A DNA stretch of 63,906 nucleotides from Negaprion brevirostris (lineage: Eukaryota). Shown here piece after piece: positions 10,780 through 24,569 of the stretch; within the stretch, counting starts at the first letter, position 1, and every line of letters begins with the position of its first letter. The stretch spans positions 50,407,144 to 50,471,049 of the forward strand of contig JARDVH010000073.1 in NCBI GenBank assembly GCA_030324005.1, written 5' to 3'. The notes below the pieces were generated by a model that worked only from the letters and a program-made list of their open reading frames with translations, was not told where the DNA came from and searched no databases. The position numbers and the translations under genes were made by a program.

Positions 10780-11405
10780 AAACAGGAACAGGAGTAGGCT
10801 AGTTAGCCCCTCAAGCCAGTCAGTGAGATTGTGGCTGATCTGTAACCTAACTCCATATACACGCCTTTCCCCAGTGTCCCTTAATACCGTTGGTTAACAG
10901 AAATCTATAATTTATGGAAGAAAATTCCAAACTTCTATCACAGACTTCATGATCCACAGACTAAGAGTTGGAAAGGATTAGACTGGGAAGCTCTTTCTCA
11001 GCCACAATAGAACACAGTGAGCCAATTGGTGCAGCAAGTTTCTACTGCTGGGACTTTCCAGCCCCAGCGTGGCAGATTGGTGAGATAGCAAAACATCCAC
11101 TGACTTCAGCGGTAGTGGAAAATCCTGTCAGTGGGAGGGGTTGGAAAATCCCACCCTATGAACCTCTGCATGTAAAAATACTTCTTTCCTGAAATATCTG
11201 TCACTGCTTTTTAAGACTATTCACCCACCTCCCCACCAAGTCCGAGATGCGCCGACCAGTTCATCTATTCCTCATAATAGCACAGAATCTTGGGTAATAT
11301 CAGCCCTTAAGCTTCTCCACAGAATTTGACCCTAGTTAATGCAATCTCTCCTCACGGTGTCCAGGCATCATTCTGTTAAATCGATGCTCCATTCCCTCCA
11401 AAGAT
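10780..11405 (-). mobile_element. CR1 LINE 3' fragments, interrupted by a GC-rich short repeat at ~11030-11157
   Basis: 'aggaacaggagtaggc..gcccctcaagcc..gagattgtggctgatctgtaacctaactccata' CR1 3'UTR and downstream remnants. Confidence 0.65.
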
Positions 11406-11411
11406 AATGGT

Positions 11412-11600
11412 TGGAATTTTTAAGCTGTTCACACTGGCTGGATCTTCTGGTCTCACCAATGGCACATCTGCCAGTGTAGGGTGGAGTCAATGGGAAATCC
11501 CATTGATAGGGACGGGATCAGAAGATCCCACTACCAGCAAACGGCGCGCTGCCTCCCGCTGTGAGACAGACGCCACAAGATGGCCAGAGAATCTGGCCCA
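11412..11600. mobile_element. GC-rich MITE-like repeat with imperfect inverted ends
   Basis: 'ggatcttctggtc..tcaatgggaaatcccattga..gggatcagaagatccc' internal palindrome; related copies at ~11030 and 63595-63750. Confidence 0.55.
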
Positions 11601-14600
11601 ATCTATCCTTTTGAAAATGATATGGCTAGAATGGGGAAGCGATGGCCCAGTGGTGAGGTGGTGATAGCCTANNNNNNNNNNNNNNNNNNNNNNNNNNNNN
11701 NNNNNNNNNNNNNNNNNNNNNNNNNNNNNNNNNNNNNNNNNNNNNNNNNNNNNNNNNNNNNNNNNNNNNNNNNNNNNNNNNNNNNNNNNNNNNNNNNNNN
11801 NNNNNNNNNNNNNNNNNNNNNNNNNNNNNNNNNNNNNNNNNNNNNNNNNNNNNNNNNNNNNNNNNNNNNNNNNNNNNNNNNNNNNNNNNNNNNNNNNNNN
11901 NNNNNNNNNNNNNNNNNNNNNNNNNNNNNNNNNNNNNNNNNNNNNNNNNNNNNNNNNNNNNNNNNNNNNNNNNNNNNNNNNNNNNNNNNNNNNNNNNNNN
12001 NNNNNNNNNNNNNNNNNNNNNNNNNNNNNNNNNNNNNNNNNNNNNNNNNNNNNNNNNNNNNNNNNNNNNNNNNNNNNNNNNNNNNNNNNNNNNNNNNNNN
12101 NNNNNNNNNNNNNNNNNNNNNNNNNNNNNNNNNNNNNNCAAATTCACTTTTATATTCTAGACTTCGAAAGCCTGGAATTCCAATGGCCTTTTTGATTATT
12201 TTCTGTGCCTGTTCATGACGTTTCACAAGGACAAGGAACATCTTTAAATACCTGGAACATCAACAGAATCAATAGCTCTGATGTGAAAATCTAAAGTGTG
12301 CAATTAGGATGTTATATTTTGAGAAACCTTGAGATTTAAAATAAAGTTTAGAAGAGACATAAAAATCTTTCACCTATGTCCATGTCCTGGTCTCTTACTG
12401 CGACATGATCCCACAAGCAAGAATACTCTTCAGCAACATTGCCCAAGTACATGAATTTGCACATGAATTTGAAGACGGTCATTTGAATGGCATTAGACAG
12501 TCCTCACGTAGTTTCTACATACATATACATGCTTACCTATTAGATGGCACAGAATTGCATTTGTAATCGGGAACCTGTGCTTATTTTCTTATCCCCAGTT
12601 ACTGCACTGGCTGTAATGAGCAATTTCAGAAAAATGCAGGAAACCCTGGTCAGAACTGGTCAGCATGGCTTACAAGCATGGCCATAGAATAACAAATTAC
12701 AAAGAATGTGCTGCACAGAATTGAGCCATTAGGTCCAGCAGTTCTAGCGTTTATGCTCCAAACGAGCCTCCTCCCATTGTATTGACATACTCCTTTACAT
12801 TACATTTATGCCATTCACCTCAGACACAATGGGGCAAAGGGCCTTGTTCTGTACTGTAAAACTCAATCATTCTTTGTGATAACGAATTATGCACTCTAAT
12901 CCTTCTCTGGGTAAAATAAGTTTTTCTTGCGCTGTTTATCTCACAGGGTAACGGAGTGATGTAAATGTAAAGAAATGGGAGACAAAGAGCAAGAAAGATA
13001 CTGACAGGGTTAACTAAAACCTTCCAGCAGGTCCAGTGTAAATCTCATGCAACAGCTTCACCAATGGACTTATATTGTAACATCTGACAAAGACAACATC
13101 ACCTTTAATCCTACCAAGGGCTGGCTGCACTAATGACTATAATGAAACATTCTTGGTACGAGGGCCTGTTCATTTATTTTCATTCCTGGTGAGTGCCTTC
13201 AGAGATTGGTGCTGCAATCACAGCCATTTACTATTTAAGTCCCAGCCAAATTTATGGCCCCAGTGAAAAATGGATGCGACCCTAGAAGTAGAACTCTATT
13301 GTCTGGCGCATCCTAACCGACTCGTTACATGTGCATCAATCTTTAATCTGCAATTAAACAATCAGTTATATGGAAAAGATAGCTGCAAATACTGCACTTG
13401 AATGCATCCCAGGCAATATATCTTGATAAAGAGAAAAAGAGATCAATTAGGAGTGAATGCATCATACGGCTTGGTTCAACTAAAGGTTACAAAAGGAAAT
13501 AAATAAAATGTTCAAAATTAGACCAGATGATGTCTGTCCTGGCATTTTGCTGTTCCACCTGGAGTGAAGGTTAATGCAATGGGAAAGCTGTAGAGTGGAT
13601 GATAGAGTTATAGTTTTAGCAGATAAAGCAGACACCCAGAGCAAATGCAGCATGCTGCAAAGCTCCTTTCCCTCCAATTAGATGTCTCTGGCACCAGCCT
13701 CCCGCAAGTACTTTAATTGGCAAATGGGGCCGGCAGGCAGGCACTGCTGCTGCAATCATTAATAGGTAGTTTGCTGTCATTTAAGGCGCTTCGCCTTGTC
13801 GATTACTTTGGAGCCAGGACTATCATGCACAAAGCATTGGCCCTGTCCTGAAGGCACAAGTGCTGCCCGCAGGGGATTTACCGGATTAGGGAGGCTGGAA
13901 AGAGGGAGTGAGGATTTTACTTTTATCCCAAGTGAGAACGAGGGAAAAAGAGAGAGGAAGAGAAAGAGCAACAAGATAGAACTTTTGAGTATACAGCCTT
14001 CTCAGGATTACCCAAAGTGGTTCACAGGCATTGAGGTACTACAAAAAATATTGTCACCATGGTAATGTAGAGTTGATATTACATCCTGCAGGTACATGTC
14101 TCTTTCTCCAGTGTCATCAAACAGATGATAGTGACAGAGTCAGCTATCAGGGTAAGGGAGCTGGTTTTATTCAGAATCAATGCTGTGCATCAGTGACATT
14201 GTGTGGACTCTTTGAAAGTAGAACCTAGTGCATCCCATCCAGTGACTGGATCCCAAATCCAAACCTATATACAAGAATGTGCCTCTCTCCCCAGAACAGT
14301 TGGGGTATCAGATGGCATTAGAAACACACACCAAAATGACCATCTTCCTTGAGAAGCTGTTTCAAAAAAGGAACCCCGAAAAGATTTCACAGTCCAGTTT
14401 GCGAGTACCAAAGATTAATAGCCGTAAACTCCCTGTTCCTTCAAATATCTTAACAATCCCACATTCAATTTGTCCACAATCTGCCTCTGGTGTCCCCCAT
14501 CCAATTACCCATCAACTATTCTACCAGATCCTCATTACAATTTTAATGTAATCTGTATGTCGTTTGATATTCCCTGAGCCCATTGTAAGTGTTAATGATG

Positions 14601-15621
14601 CATTAATATTGTCTAATAAGCTTAGAGTAAGCTTTGGCGATACGAAGGAGTTTTATCCAAAGGAGATTATACAGAGAACTTACATTTTATCAATAAATTT
14701 TTCTGCAGATCAGAAAAATATCCTTTCAAAGGATCGAATCTCAGTTCTTTGATTGCGCAGCCCAACAACGGGAGACTGAATAATCATCGACAGTAATGTT
14801 TCCCAAATAACACAGGCACTGGCTGTAGCGACACAGGAGAGAAGATACAAACCACACACGGGGAAGACTGAGACTGATGATCCAATTATTGTCCATCAAA
14901 CACTGTTCTTGTTAGACTGGGTCCCAATTTCACCAAATTATCAGATTAAGGCAGAAGGGTTGGTACATAAACAGCTCTAATAAGCTTTGACCGCTGGCAT
15001 GCCTACAACATAAGAGCACAAGCAAATGGTCACAACAATTGGCCTGCAGGTGGACGCCTCTGTTTTTAGATACAACCCATACTCTATAATGCGAGCAGGA
15101 GATGCTGATGAGGCTGCAGCGTCTGTTCATTTGACAACTTGCTGTTATTACAATACAGGTAATAACCCTAAACAGCGACATCAAAACATCACTACTAGCC
15201 CATAATAAAAACCTGCAAAACTTGATTCATGGCACACATTTCAGAAGAAGGGGCTTCAAGAGCACATTACAACTTGTTCATAAAGCCAGTGGAAACTGAA
15301 AGGCATTTTTAAATTAGTTTTAAACGAACACAGACACCCCTCCCCTCTCTCTGCATCATGTACAAATTAATACTGTGGAACATACTGATGATTATCATCT
15401 ATTCACCAATAACTCACTTAACATATTACCAGCTTGCCTACCAGGTGCAACAATGGTCTTAAAATTCTTATGTGCCTAACACTAAAGCTGCGCTGGGAAG
15501 TCATTATGAATGTGGCTGTTTGACACTCAGCTAATGAGAACTCCAGAGCTCCTGCACAGTAAACGGTTCTCTGCAGGGAACTTAAAAAAGACAGGACATG
15601 GAGGACTATAATGACAATTCT

Positions 15622-15635
15622 GTTACCATAGCAAC
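15622..15635. promoter_or_regulatory. RFX X-box motif GTTACCATAGCAAC
   Basis: Matches the palindromic X-box consensus GTNRCC-N-RGYAAC in non-repeat DNA. Confidence 0.45.
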
Positions 15636-15740
15636 AGTGACTGTGCGATGCCAATTCTGATCAACAAAGTCCAGCTTTAGTGTAAATTCAAAGATGGTGG
15701 CGAATACACTGCCAACTCTACCAGCATATTGTCATATTGA

Positions 15741-16062
15741 GGGCAGCACAGTGGCATAGTGATTAGTACTGCCACCTCACAATGCCAGGGACCCATTACT
15801 CAATTCCGGTCTCGCTCAGTGTGTGGAGTTTGCACCTTCTGCTCATGTTTGCGATAGTTTCCTCAGGGTGCCCTGGTTTCCTCCCACAGTCTAAAGATGT
15901 GTGAGTTAGATGGATTGGCCATGATAAAATTACCGCTTGTCAGGGAAATTAGCAGGGTAAATACATGGTATTGATTATGGGGCGAGGGCCTGCGTGGGAT
16001 TGTCATCGGTGCAGGGTCGATGGGCCGAATGGCCTCCTTCCATACTGTAGGAATTCTATGGT
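15741..16062 (+). mobile_element. HE1-like V-SINE, near full length
   Basis: tRNA head 'gggcagcacagtggcatagtg', V-domain, tail 'gatgggccgaatggcctccttccatactgtaggaattctatg'. Confidence 0.9.
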
Positions 16063-16819
16063 TTAAGAGAGGAATCTGGATCCCCTGTCAATCTTACACT
16101 TCCAGTGAGTGTTGTGCCAGCAGCAACCTCCCTGTAGGCACTAAATACAGAATGGCTGCCAATCTTGGAATGGCCGACAGCTCTTTGCAGTTTGAGTTTC
16201 TGCCCTCGGACTACTTGATCCCGGAAGAAGACCTGTCACTGGCGTGTTAAATGCCCAAGTAGCACAAGATACACTAAGCCCTCCTTAAAAATTCTGATTT
16301 GGAGTTTCGTCCGTTCTTTGGTCATTAGCTCCACAAGATTCCATTCTTTAACTTTCTACCAAATCTACGGCGGCTCACACAGCCCCTCCCTTCTCATCCC
16401 CAACTGTCACCATATCCCTGCTTAAAATCGACAAAAGTGGAGAAGAGATTTGGCAGGCAAGCCGAAGGAATAATTTATAGAAGCTCCAGTGATAGCTGCT
16501 GGATTTTGTAGATAACTTTGGGATTTTCTTCCTGCAGCTGGGCAGTGGGAAAATCATTTGAAATTTTCTTCATTGAACTAGCATGCATACAGTGGGACCA
16601 AAACATTTCCTCCCACAATATTACCGCTGCATCTCTGTCAGAACTGGAATCCAGAACATCAAGGATGAAACTTAAGAACAAAATATTAACCATCACCCAT
16701 ATGAAGATTTGAAGATACCAGCTGGGGGGGGGGGGGGGGGGGGGGGGNNNNNNNNNNNNNNNNNNNNNNNNNNNNNNNNNNNNNNNNNNNNNNNNNNNNN
16801 NNNNNNNNNNNNNNNNNNT

Positions 16820-17205
16820 AGCGACTTGAACAGAGAATATTGGCTGACGTTCCAGTGCAGTGTTAGGAAAATGTCAGGAGGTGCAATTGTTCAGATGTGA
16901 CATGAAAATGAAGATACATCCACTCTGTCAGGTGCAGCATGAAGGATCAAACAGAACTATTTGAAGAAGAAAATGGGAATTATTCCCAGTACTGCTGGCC
17001 AGCATTTATCTTTAACCAATATTACTAAAAATAGATTTTTTGGGCATTTTTGCCTCAATGTCAATGGAATTTTGCCATGTGGAAAGTGATTTCCATATTT
17101 CCAATACATCGATAATGGTCACACTTCAAAAGGTACAGTAACTCACTGTACATCACCTTGAGAAGTCCTGAGGCCTTGAAGGTTATAAAATAAATGCAAG
17201 TATTC
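16820..17205 (+). mobile_element. Deu-domain SINE
   Basis: 'ggctgac.ttccagtgcagtg..tgtcaggaggtgc..ttcagatg..actatttgaagaaga..ctggccagcatttatc..cacttcaaaag..taaatgcaagt'. Confidence 0.75.
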
Positions 17206-17644
17206 ATGGGTAGCAGGTACTAATTTCCCTGATGCTTGATAATATAATTTATCTGGGTCTGGAAGTCACTACATGTTTCATTTGTATCCTTCCTCATGCT
17301 TTTATCTTTGGCTTGCTGCATATATGAGGAGACAAAATGGCCTCTTTCTGCCAGTTCTGTATTTGGCATCATGATCGTAAAATTGTGTTACTTAGACAAG
17401 GTGGAAGTAGCTGACTTTATGCATATTTGTGTAATTGCCCACCCACACTACAGAAAACCCTGGCTTCTCTATATCATATCCAGAATGTCAACTCTACAGT
17501 GCAAATACATTACTTGTGCAGAACAGACGTAAACATGAAGAGTTCGGGATTCTGCTAGTTTGACACTGTCGTCGAAAACTGAACTGTGAACAACTGAGGC
17601 GCACTGCTTCAAACTAACTGCAACAGGAAGCATAGTGAAGGAAT

Positions 17645-17922
17645 TGCTGCTGTCTACATCAACAGGGATGAAGTAGAAGTGGTTGAGATCTTCAGGTTTT
17701 TAGCTGTTCAGATCACCAACAACCTCCAGGCCTATGTATAGTTTAGGATGCCCACCAATGGCTCTACTTTCTCAGAAAACAAAGGAAATGTGGCATATCC
17801 GCTACAACGCTCACCAACTTTTACAGATACACTACAGAAAGCATTCTTTCTGGTTGGATTACACCTTGGTATGGTTCCTGCTCTGTCCAAGACCGCAAGA
17901 AAATACAAAGGGTCGTGAATGA
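17645..17922 (+). mobile_element. Rex1/Babar LINE fragment (C-terminal of RT)
   Basis: Translates with disruptions to VYINRDEVEVVEIFRFLAVQITNNL...TTLTNFYRYTTESILSGWITPWYGSCSVQDRKKIQRVVNE, typical of Rex1. Confidence 0.8.
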
Positions 17923-17924
17923 AG

Positions 17925-18280
17925 TGTCACCAGCAAGACCAGTATTTGTTGCCCATTCCTAATTACCCTTGAACTGAATGGTTTGTTAGGCCTTTGCAGA
18001 GTCAAGAGTCAACCAGATTAATTTGCTCTGAAGTAGGCCAGACTGGCAGTAAACTAGCAGATTTCCTTTCCTAATGGACATTAGCGAACGAGTGATGTTT
18101 ACAACAATCAATTATAGTTTCATGGCTTCCTTTACTGAGTTTAGCTTATAATTCTAGATTTATTAACTTAATTTAAATTCTACAGCTGCCATGGTTGGAT
18201 TTGAACCCATACCCCCAGGACATTAGCCTGGGCTTCTAGATTACTAGTCCAATGACATTAACACTATGCCACCATCCCCC
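17925..18280 (-). mobile_element. tRNA-derived SINE sharing its 3' end with the CR1/L2-group LINE at 4110
   Basis: 'ccagtatttgttgcccattcctaatt.cccttgaactga..gagtcaaccag..agatttcct..ggatttgaaccc..attactagtcca..cactatgccacc'. Confidence 0.8.
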
Positions 18281-21200
18281 CATCAGGAATCATGCTGCAT
18301 TCTTGTAACAAGTGCCATGGTCTTCCTCCATGCAAATCCAGTCCAAACCAGAGGGATAACAGCTGTTTGAAATAATTTTAATTTCCTCAGACATGCAAAG
18401 AGCCTCCATTAGATTTGAAACGCTGATGGAACTCGACAGTTCTGAAAGACACCATGTTTGCTTGTGCTGTCTGCACTGATTTTGGTTGAGGGGATGATCA
18501 GGATAGTACAATTGGTTTCAGCCAGGATGAAGGAAAGAACAAAATATTCTGGCTTCAAGACAAAGACCACACCAGAGCTTGTCTGTACTGCCTTTCACAA
18601 TCAAGTATTCTTCTAATAGGTACTGTCTGGGCTCTGGATATTTGTATCAGAGGGGAGCCAGTCCACTGAATAAGTTGTCTCCCAGAAAAAGCCAGCATTT
18701 TTAAGAGAAGAAAAAATGATTTTTTAAAGGAATAAAAGCCTTTAAATAGCATATACTCAAAATCATTTTTACAACCAAATTTTAAGATCTGGACTCACAC
18801 AAATCCAGGACTGTCCAGATGGCTTAGGGAAGGGTGGCTATCAGAGGTTCTATAGATGTCTGTTTATCTCAGTACATTGTTTGTGATGTTTCAGCTAAGT
18901 GCAAAACCAACCAAAGCATTCTGGTTACCACTTATCTCACTGCCGGCTGAAAGGTCTCTCGTCAGCTATCAGTGGCAGAATAACACTTCCAAAATAGGTG
19001 TGCGGCTCCTACCACTGGGAGAAGGGCTTTCTTGTGGTGTAATGCAAATGACTGCGTTTGTCAAGCCAGCATTGTTGGTTAATTCATTGTGTTCCTTATC
19101 ATCCGTTTCCAAGAGCCTGCTGCCTCTGCGACAGGCTCAGGAGGTGTGTCGACAGCAGCATTAGCCACTGTCAAATGTGGCCTTATCAGCCAGTGCAGAG
19201 TGCACTGGGAATGACCTGTGGAGTCATGCACATCCTACATTGTCATCCAAGCTTATTGTAGTCTCGTTGCTCTTTGTTCCAATTCACGGTCAGTCTCTAA
19301 GAGCAAGTGCTCTGGGTGCTCGGCCTTCTCCAACGTCCAGATAGGGAATCGTTGTCGATGAAGAAGGGGACTCTCATGGGCTTTGCGACCTTCTTTTGTT
19401 TCGCCATTCCAGAGGAATGGGCAGAGCCTGTCGCTACCCATTCCATCCCAGGAAGCTTTGAAATGTCAGTGCTGATATTAAAGGTTGTTATCTTGATGGG
19501 CTAGAATGAATAATGACGGGAAACCAGAGGGGCAGGTGACGGAAAGGAGAGCAAAACAGGATTTAAAGTTACAGAAGAGAAGGCACTGCTATCTGAATGC
19601 CACAGTCAGTTATAACTGTAAAGGCACTTGAGTGGCAATGCGGATCAGCACTAATTAAATTAATCAAAGATCACCATTTCCTTTCGTTCCTCCTTTCACA
19701 TCAAAGGTCATATTAATTAGATGGTAGTTAAATCTATCCTACCCCAGGAAAACAAAGGACTCATTACCACAGTTAATTGGGAAGGAATAGCGCGAGCTGC
19801 TGTAATGTACAAGTTACTATGCTTTCCCATACAAGGGGAAAGGTTATTCGGTTTTGCGGGCTGGAGCTGTCAATGGGCCNNNNNNNNNNNNNNNNNNNNN
19901 NNNNNNNNNNNNNNNNNNNNNNNNNNNNNNNNNNNNNNNNNNNNNNNNNNNNNNNNNNNNNNNNNNNNNNNNNNNNNNNNNNNNNNNNNNNNNNNNNNNN
20001 NNNNNNNNNNNNNNNNNNNNNNNNNNNNNNNNNNNNNNNNNNNNNNNNNNNNNNNNNAGGTAATTCCAGCCGAATGCACAGTATTGGGAGCTGAAACTGT
20101 GCCGTGCGACATTTGAGAATTCAGGGGGTTTTTTTACGGTCAGCCCCAGCGTGTGACATTACACACCGCCACACTTCAGGAGCTCTACAGCAAGCTACAA
20201 TTAGCGGCTGTTTGACCAAGATAGGGAGCAAGTTGAAATTATTTAATCTCTTTAAAAATCGATGTGTTGCCACCTCTTGAAGAAATTTTGTAAAATGCAT
20301 TGACGGGTTCTTAATTAAGTTCTCAATTCTACTCGCAGCTTACACACAAAAGAACTCTCAGTCAGTTGCAGTGTAACTTATGTGAGCGCTCTTTGTCAAC
20401 CATCACTGTCTCGCGTGCTCTTCATTTCACTCACTGCAAACATTACTATGTTGAAAAGATGAAGCTAACAGTGTGCGAGGTACGTGCCATAACTACTGCC
20501 AGCGCCCCGAAGCTAGAAAGCATGCACAGCGCTTGTACTCTGCGCCAACTATTTTTAACCCATTAGTTGAAATTAATTTGAAGTTTCATTAAATTGAAAT
20601 TAGCAAAGGGGTGGGGAAGGTNNNNNNNNNNNNNNNNNNNNNNNNNNNNNNNNNNNNNNNNNNNNNNNNNNNNNNNNNNNNNNNNNNNNNNNNNNNNNNN
20701 NNNNNNNNNNNNNNNNNNNNNAGGGTTGCACGGTTAGTGAAAAAATTTAAGAAAAGCTATCCAACAGTTACAGTGAAAAGCAGAGTGATTAGTGACCTTT
20801 GAATGTTAATCACTTTGATGTGGATTCAAAAACCCTTTTGAAGCGGAATTTATCATCACTCCACTAGGATGTAATGAAGTGGAACTAAGATCACACACGC
20901 CACCGCTGATCTAGAAGATAGACGTCAGCAGATTGTGCAAATTGCACACACAGGCAATGGCAAAAGAAGAAGAGATTTCCCCCCCAGACAGCTTTTAATT
21001 GGATGTGGAGCTTTCTTCAAATAATGTCAATTTAACGAGCTGTCTGCTTTCTTTAGTGAAAGGCAAAAGATTGGTGTTAGAGGACTGCATTCAAAGCTAC
21101 ACCAAGTTCAAATGCAGTTTTGTAGTTTTATTCTGCTCTCTGATTTTAGCTGCTAGATCCCACTCTCCATATAAAAGGTAACCAATAACATCGCTTCAAG

Positions 21201-21284
21201 AATGGAGAATTTTAAAGTGAGAGCAAGGCTGGGGTTGCCCACGTGCCATCTGCTGAATTTCATTCATTATGTTCCCACCAACTT

Positions 21285-21590
21285 ACATACAAGCATATGA
21301 AATAGGGGCAGAGGTAGGCCATTTGGTCTGGCACCTGCTACATCATTCCCATATACCCTCAATGACCTCCGACTCCCTTGCCTAACCAGAATCTGTTTAC
21401 CTCTGTCGTAAAAATATTCAATGACACCGCCTTCTGAGGCAGCAAGTCCCACAGTCACATGACCCTCAGATGAAAATACCCTTCATCTCTGTCCTCAACC
21501 ACAAGAGGAATTACTCTTTTCATGTCCACCTTGTCAAGATCACTCAGGATACTTCAATCAAGAAACCTCTCACTTTTCTAAACTCCAGTA
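21285..21590 (-). mobile_element. CR1 LINE 3' fragment
   Basis: 'gaaataggggcagaggtaggccattt..aatattcaatgac..gtccaccttgtcaag..ttcaatcaag..ctcactttt.taaactccag'. Confidence 0.65.
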
Positions 21591-21959
21591 TTGGAAGGGC
21601 TTAACACAAACAAATGGCTTATGGTTCCACACTGCCTTCAGTCAGGTTCAGCCAGTTCCATCACTTCAGGGAACCTGCGCTGATTACAGAATTCTGTTGA
21701 AGCCACTATTGGGATAACCAATTCTGGATCTATTCCAGGAGATTTAATCACAGGATGTCCCATCAGCTGCCACTCTCATGTCATTGGACTTGTGAGATGT
21801 TCGTCCTTGTTGTCTCTTTTACTCACCAATGGGATAGCAAACAGACCTGGCTGGCTGGCCTACGACTGACTCTCAGTCACACAGACTATTCTCCCAGGTG
21901 CACTCATTGAATAAAGTGTTCAAATTGAAAAAGACACATTTCAAAAATACCCTATGATC

Positions 21960-21965
21960 TTTATT
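21960..21965 (-). promoter_or_regulatory. Candidate polyadenylation signal AATAAA
   Basis: AATAAA on the minus strand followed by GU/U-rich 'gggtatttttgaaatgtgtcttttt', at the end of a long repeat-poor AT-rich stretch. Confidence 0.45.
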
Positions 21966-22489
21966 GTTTTTAGTACTAATGTAATATTTAGTAATGTATT
22001 AAGAGGTATCAATATTTTGCTGGGTTTAATGTGCCCTGTCTGAGGACAGAGCCTCTGAGCAGTGGATTTTTACCCTTGCTGTTGGATGCAGATCTTTATA
22101 TACAAGGCCCCAGGGTACAACATGGATATGAATGCCTTCTTGCAGTCAGCTTAATTCAAAGGCAGATTCACTGACCCAGGTGAGTCCCGTTGTGTGCTGG
22201 GTGCGTTACTGGACGAGCAATCCAGAGAATTAGAAGTCAAACATTACAATTTAAACTCAAGTGAAAAAAAATTTGGATATACATTATTTACCTGTTAAAA
22301 AATGGATATGTCCAAGTGATTCACGTTGTATTTTGGAGTAGGAAACCAGAGATGGAATTCTTAAATGTAATACTCAACAAATATTTTAGTGCGTCAAGGA
22401 TGCACACACACTACTGACAAACAACATCAGAAAAGGAATAATGGAATATATAAAAATAGAGAAATTTGTAACTCCCACCCTCTACAGTT

Positions 22490-22507
22490 ACACACACACA
22501 CACACAC
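22490..22507 (+). repeat. (CA)n microsatellite
   Basis: Direct read. Confidence 0.9.
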
Positions 22508-24569
22508 AAAAGAAAGCTGTCCCACTCACTCACCCACACACCTCTAACAATTAGATGATTGGCAGCTACATTTATGGGAAAGTTTGTGATGAGATTTTTC
22601 CTCATCTGTTGAATGTGTGCAATCGTCTTTTCAAGAAACAGAGTTGCTGAGGAACTGTTCTCACGGCTGTATCAGATTTGTTTTTGGTGTAACATGGTTA
22701 GCAGGTGAGTCTGAGGAGCATGATTCGTGAAGAAAGAAGAGGTTAAAAAAAGTCAGAAAAACCAAAAAAAAAGAACTAAAGCTGAAACTTCAGAAAAAAA
22801 TTAAAAGATGTTCAGTGCAGTCATAAGACAGTTATCCTATGTTTTCACTCAGTTTAGCAGCACACAATATTGGTAAAGGTGCTTTTTTTTTTGAATATGT
22901 TGCAAATTCTCAAACCAATATGCAGTTATATTGGCCCTGTGCTAGATGTTACCTTGTTTATGGATGAAACACAGGCCTATTGACTCTTTGGCATCTTTAG
23001 GGTGCACCTCACATGTAGCAATTTGCAATCTCCCATACTCTAGATTGGTAAAATTCCACATTGAAGGCTGACGGAAAGAGAATGTTGTGGTCATTATGAC
23101 TATGAAAGGTTTCTGTTAAAATCATGTTTAATAGAGGACTCACACTGTGGTTATGAATGCTGAGGTAGTTTCATTGACATCATGACAACTTGCTTTCTCA
23201 ATCTTAAGTCAAAAATACCGAAGCAGACTATAAAGAGGGGGAAAAAAATCCATGAAAGATTACAAGAAAATGAGACAGAGCATAAATGTCACTTGGTCAT
23301 CCCTTGTGGCAAATACAATTTGCAGCTTCTAACAAAGTTTTTCTTTGGCATGAACTTGGTGCCTCAGGTACAGATGGAATCATAAATGAAAGTCTAATTT
23401 TCAGGATTAGTATGTATCCTTATCACTAGTACAAAATTAGGTTTGGCTTTGACCAGATTTCCCCACAACAAGAACAAAAGCAGCATGAGCCCCTGTTTGA
23501 GCAGATCTCTAGTCTTAAAGCGGGCTTGTCCAACCTTTTTTGCGAAAAGAGCTACTTTTTTTTTTGAAATTTCAAAATGATAAAGTTTGGTTCAACATTA
23601 GACATAGATTTTAATAAAATGTTTTAAAATGAAGAAAAGAAATAACTTGCTGAGCAAAATTAAATCAATGTCAAAGCAATAAATGATCATTGAAAACAAT
23701 GAGTAATTAAGAAGCTTTTCGGCCTGCCCCTTTTAGCAACATCCACATCCCAGGAGCGAATAAATAAAAAAAAAGTCACTAACAGCATCAAGTGCTTGCG
23801 AAGAGTTACTGGCTAGCATTTCACATAGTTTCAACTTCAGCCTTGCTTCCTGAAATTCCCTCAGGGATGAACTGACCTGTACCTTTTTAAATGGGTGGGC
23901 AATTCCTTCCTTATTTAAGGCTAAACTTTGTACAAAGAGAAGAAAGAAAAGTATCTGGGATCCAAAGCAACCACTGAATTACGAAGATAATATACATGAA
24001 AAATGGTGGAAATGGATCACAAGCCATCAGCATTTAAAAAAAGCATATGGATCAAATACTATTTTCCTCAGATCATGCTCTTCCATAAAATTTTTCATTT
24101 TTAGTTCAGGGTTTTGCCACTTTTTCTTTCTCTCTCCAAAGCCAAGCACATTTGGCTGTGTTGTGTGTTTTAGATACTTGACCAAAGTCTCACCCTCATC
24201 AGCACTGCCTGAGGAGTCAGCATTCTGAGTTAAGTATACTGTATAATGATGAGTCTTTGGACTGCAGGATTGGAGATGTTCAGACTATTAACACAATCTG
24301 TTGTCCATATATTAACTGAAATCTCATTCAGCAATGCATTCACCATTAGTGTCACTATCTAATTGACACATTGAAAAGGAGAAAACAAACCACGTTCCTA
24401 ACAAAGACTGATGGAACCCTAATTAAAAGATGATGTTCCACAAATCAAGCAAATGACAGAGGTATGCCTGAAAAGCAATTTAATAATCAGAACAATATAC
24501 CTGCACACCATTTGTGTTCTAAATACAAAGCAACTTAAAACAAATAAATAATGATTCAAATGCAAGATA

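Noticed and set aside
11580-12241. Gap-spanning ORFs
   Set aside because: Assembly gap flanked by repeat fragments.
15070-15158. Possible plus-strand exon (YNPYSIMRAGDADEAAASVHLTTCCYYNT)
   Set aside because: Weak donor (gtaata), no partner exons, no recognisable homology.
16724-16747. Poly-G run as a G-quadruplex
   Set aside because: Abuts an N gap; may be a sequencing or assembly artefact.
18950-19450. GC-balanced, coding-looking stretch
   Set aside because: Stops in all minus-strand frames, only short plus-strand ORFs, no clean splice borders and no recognisable domain.
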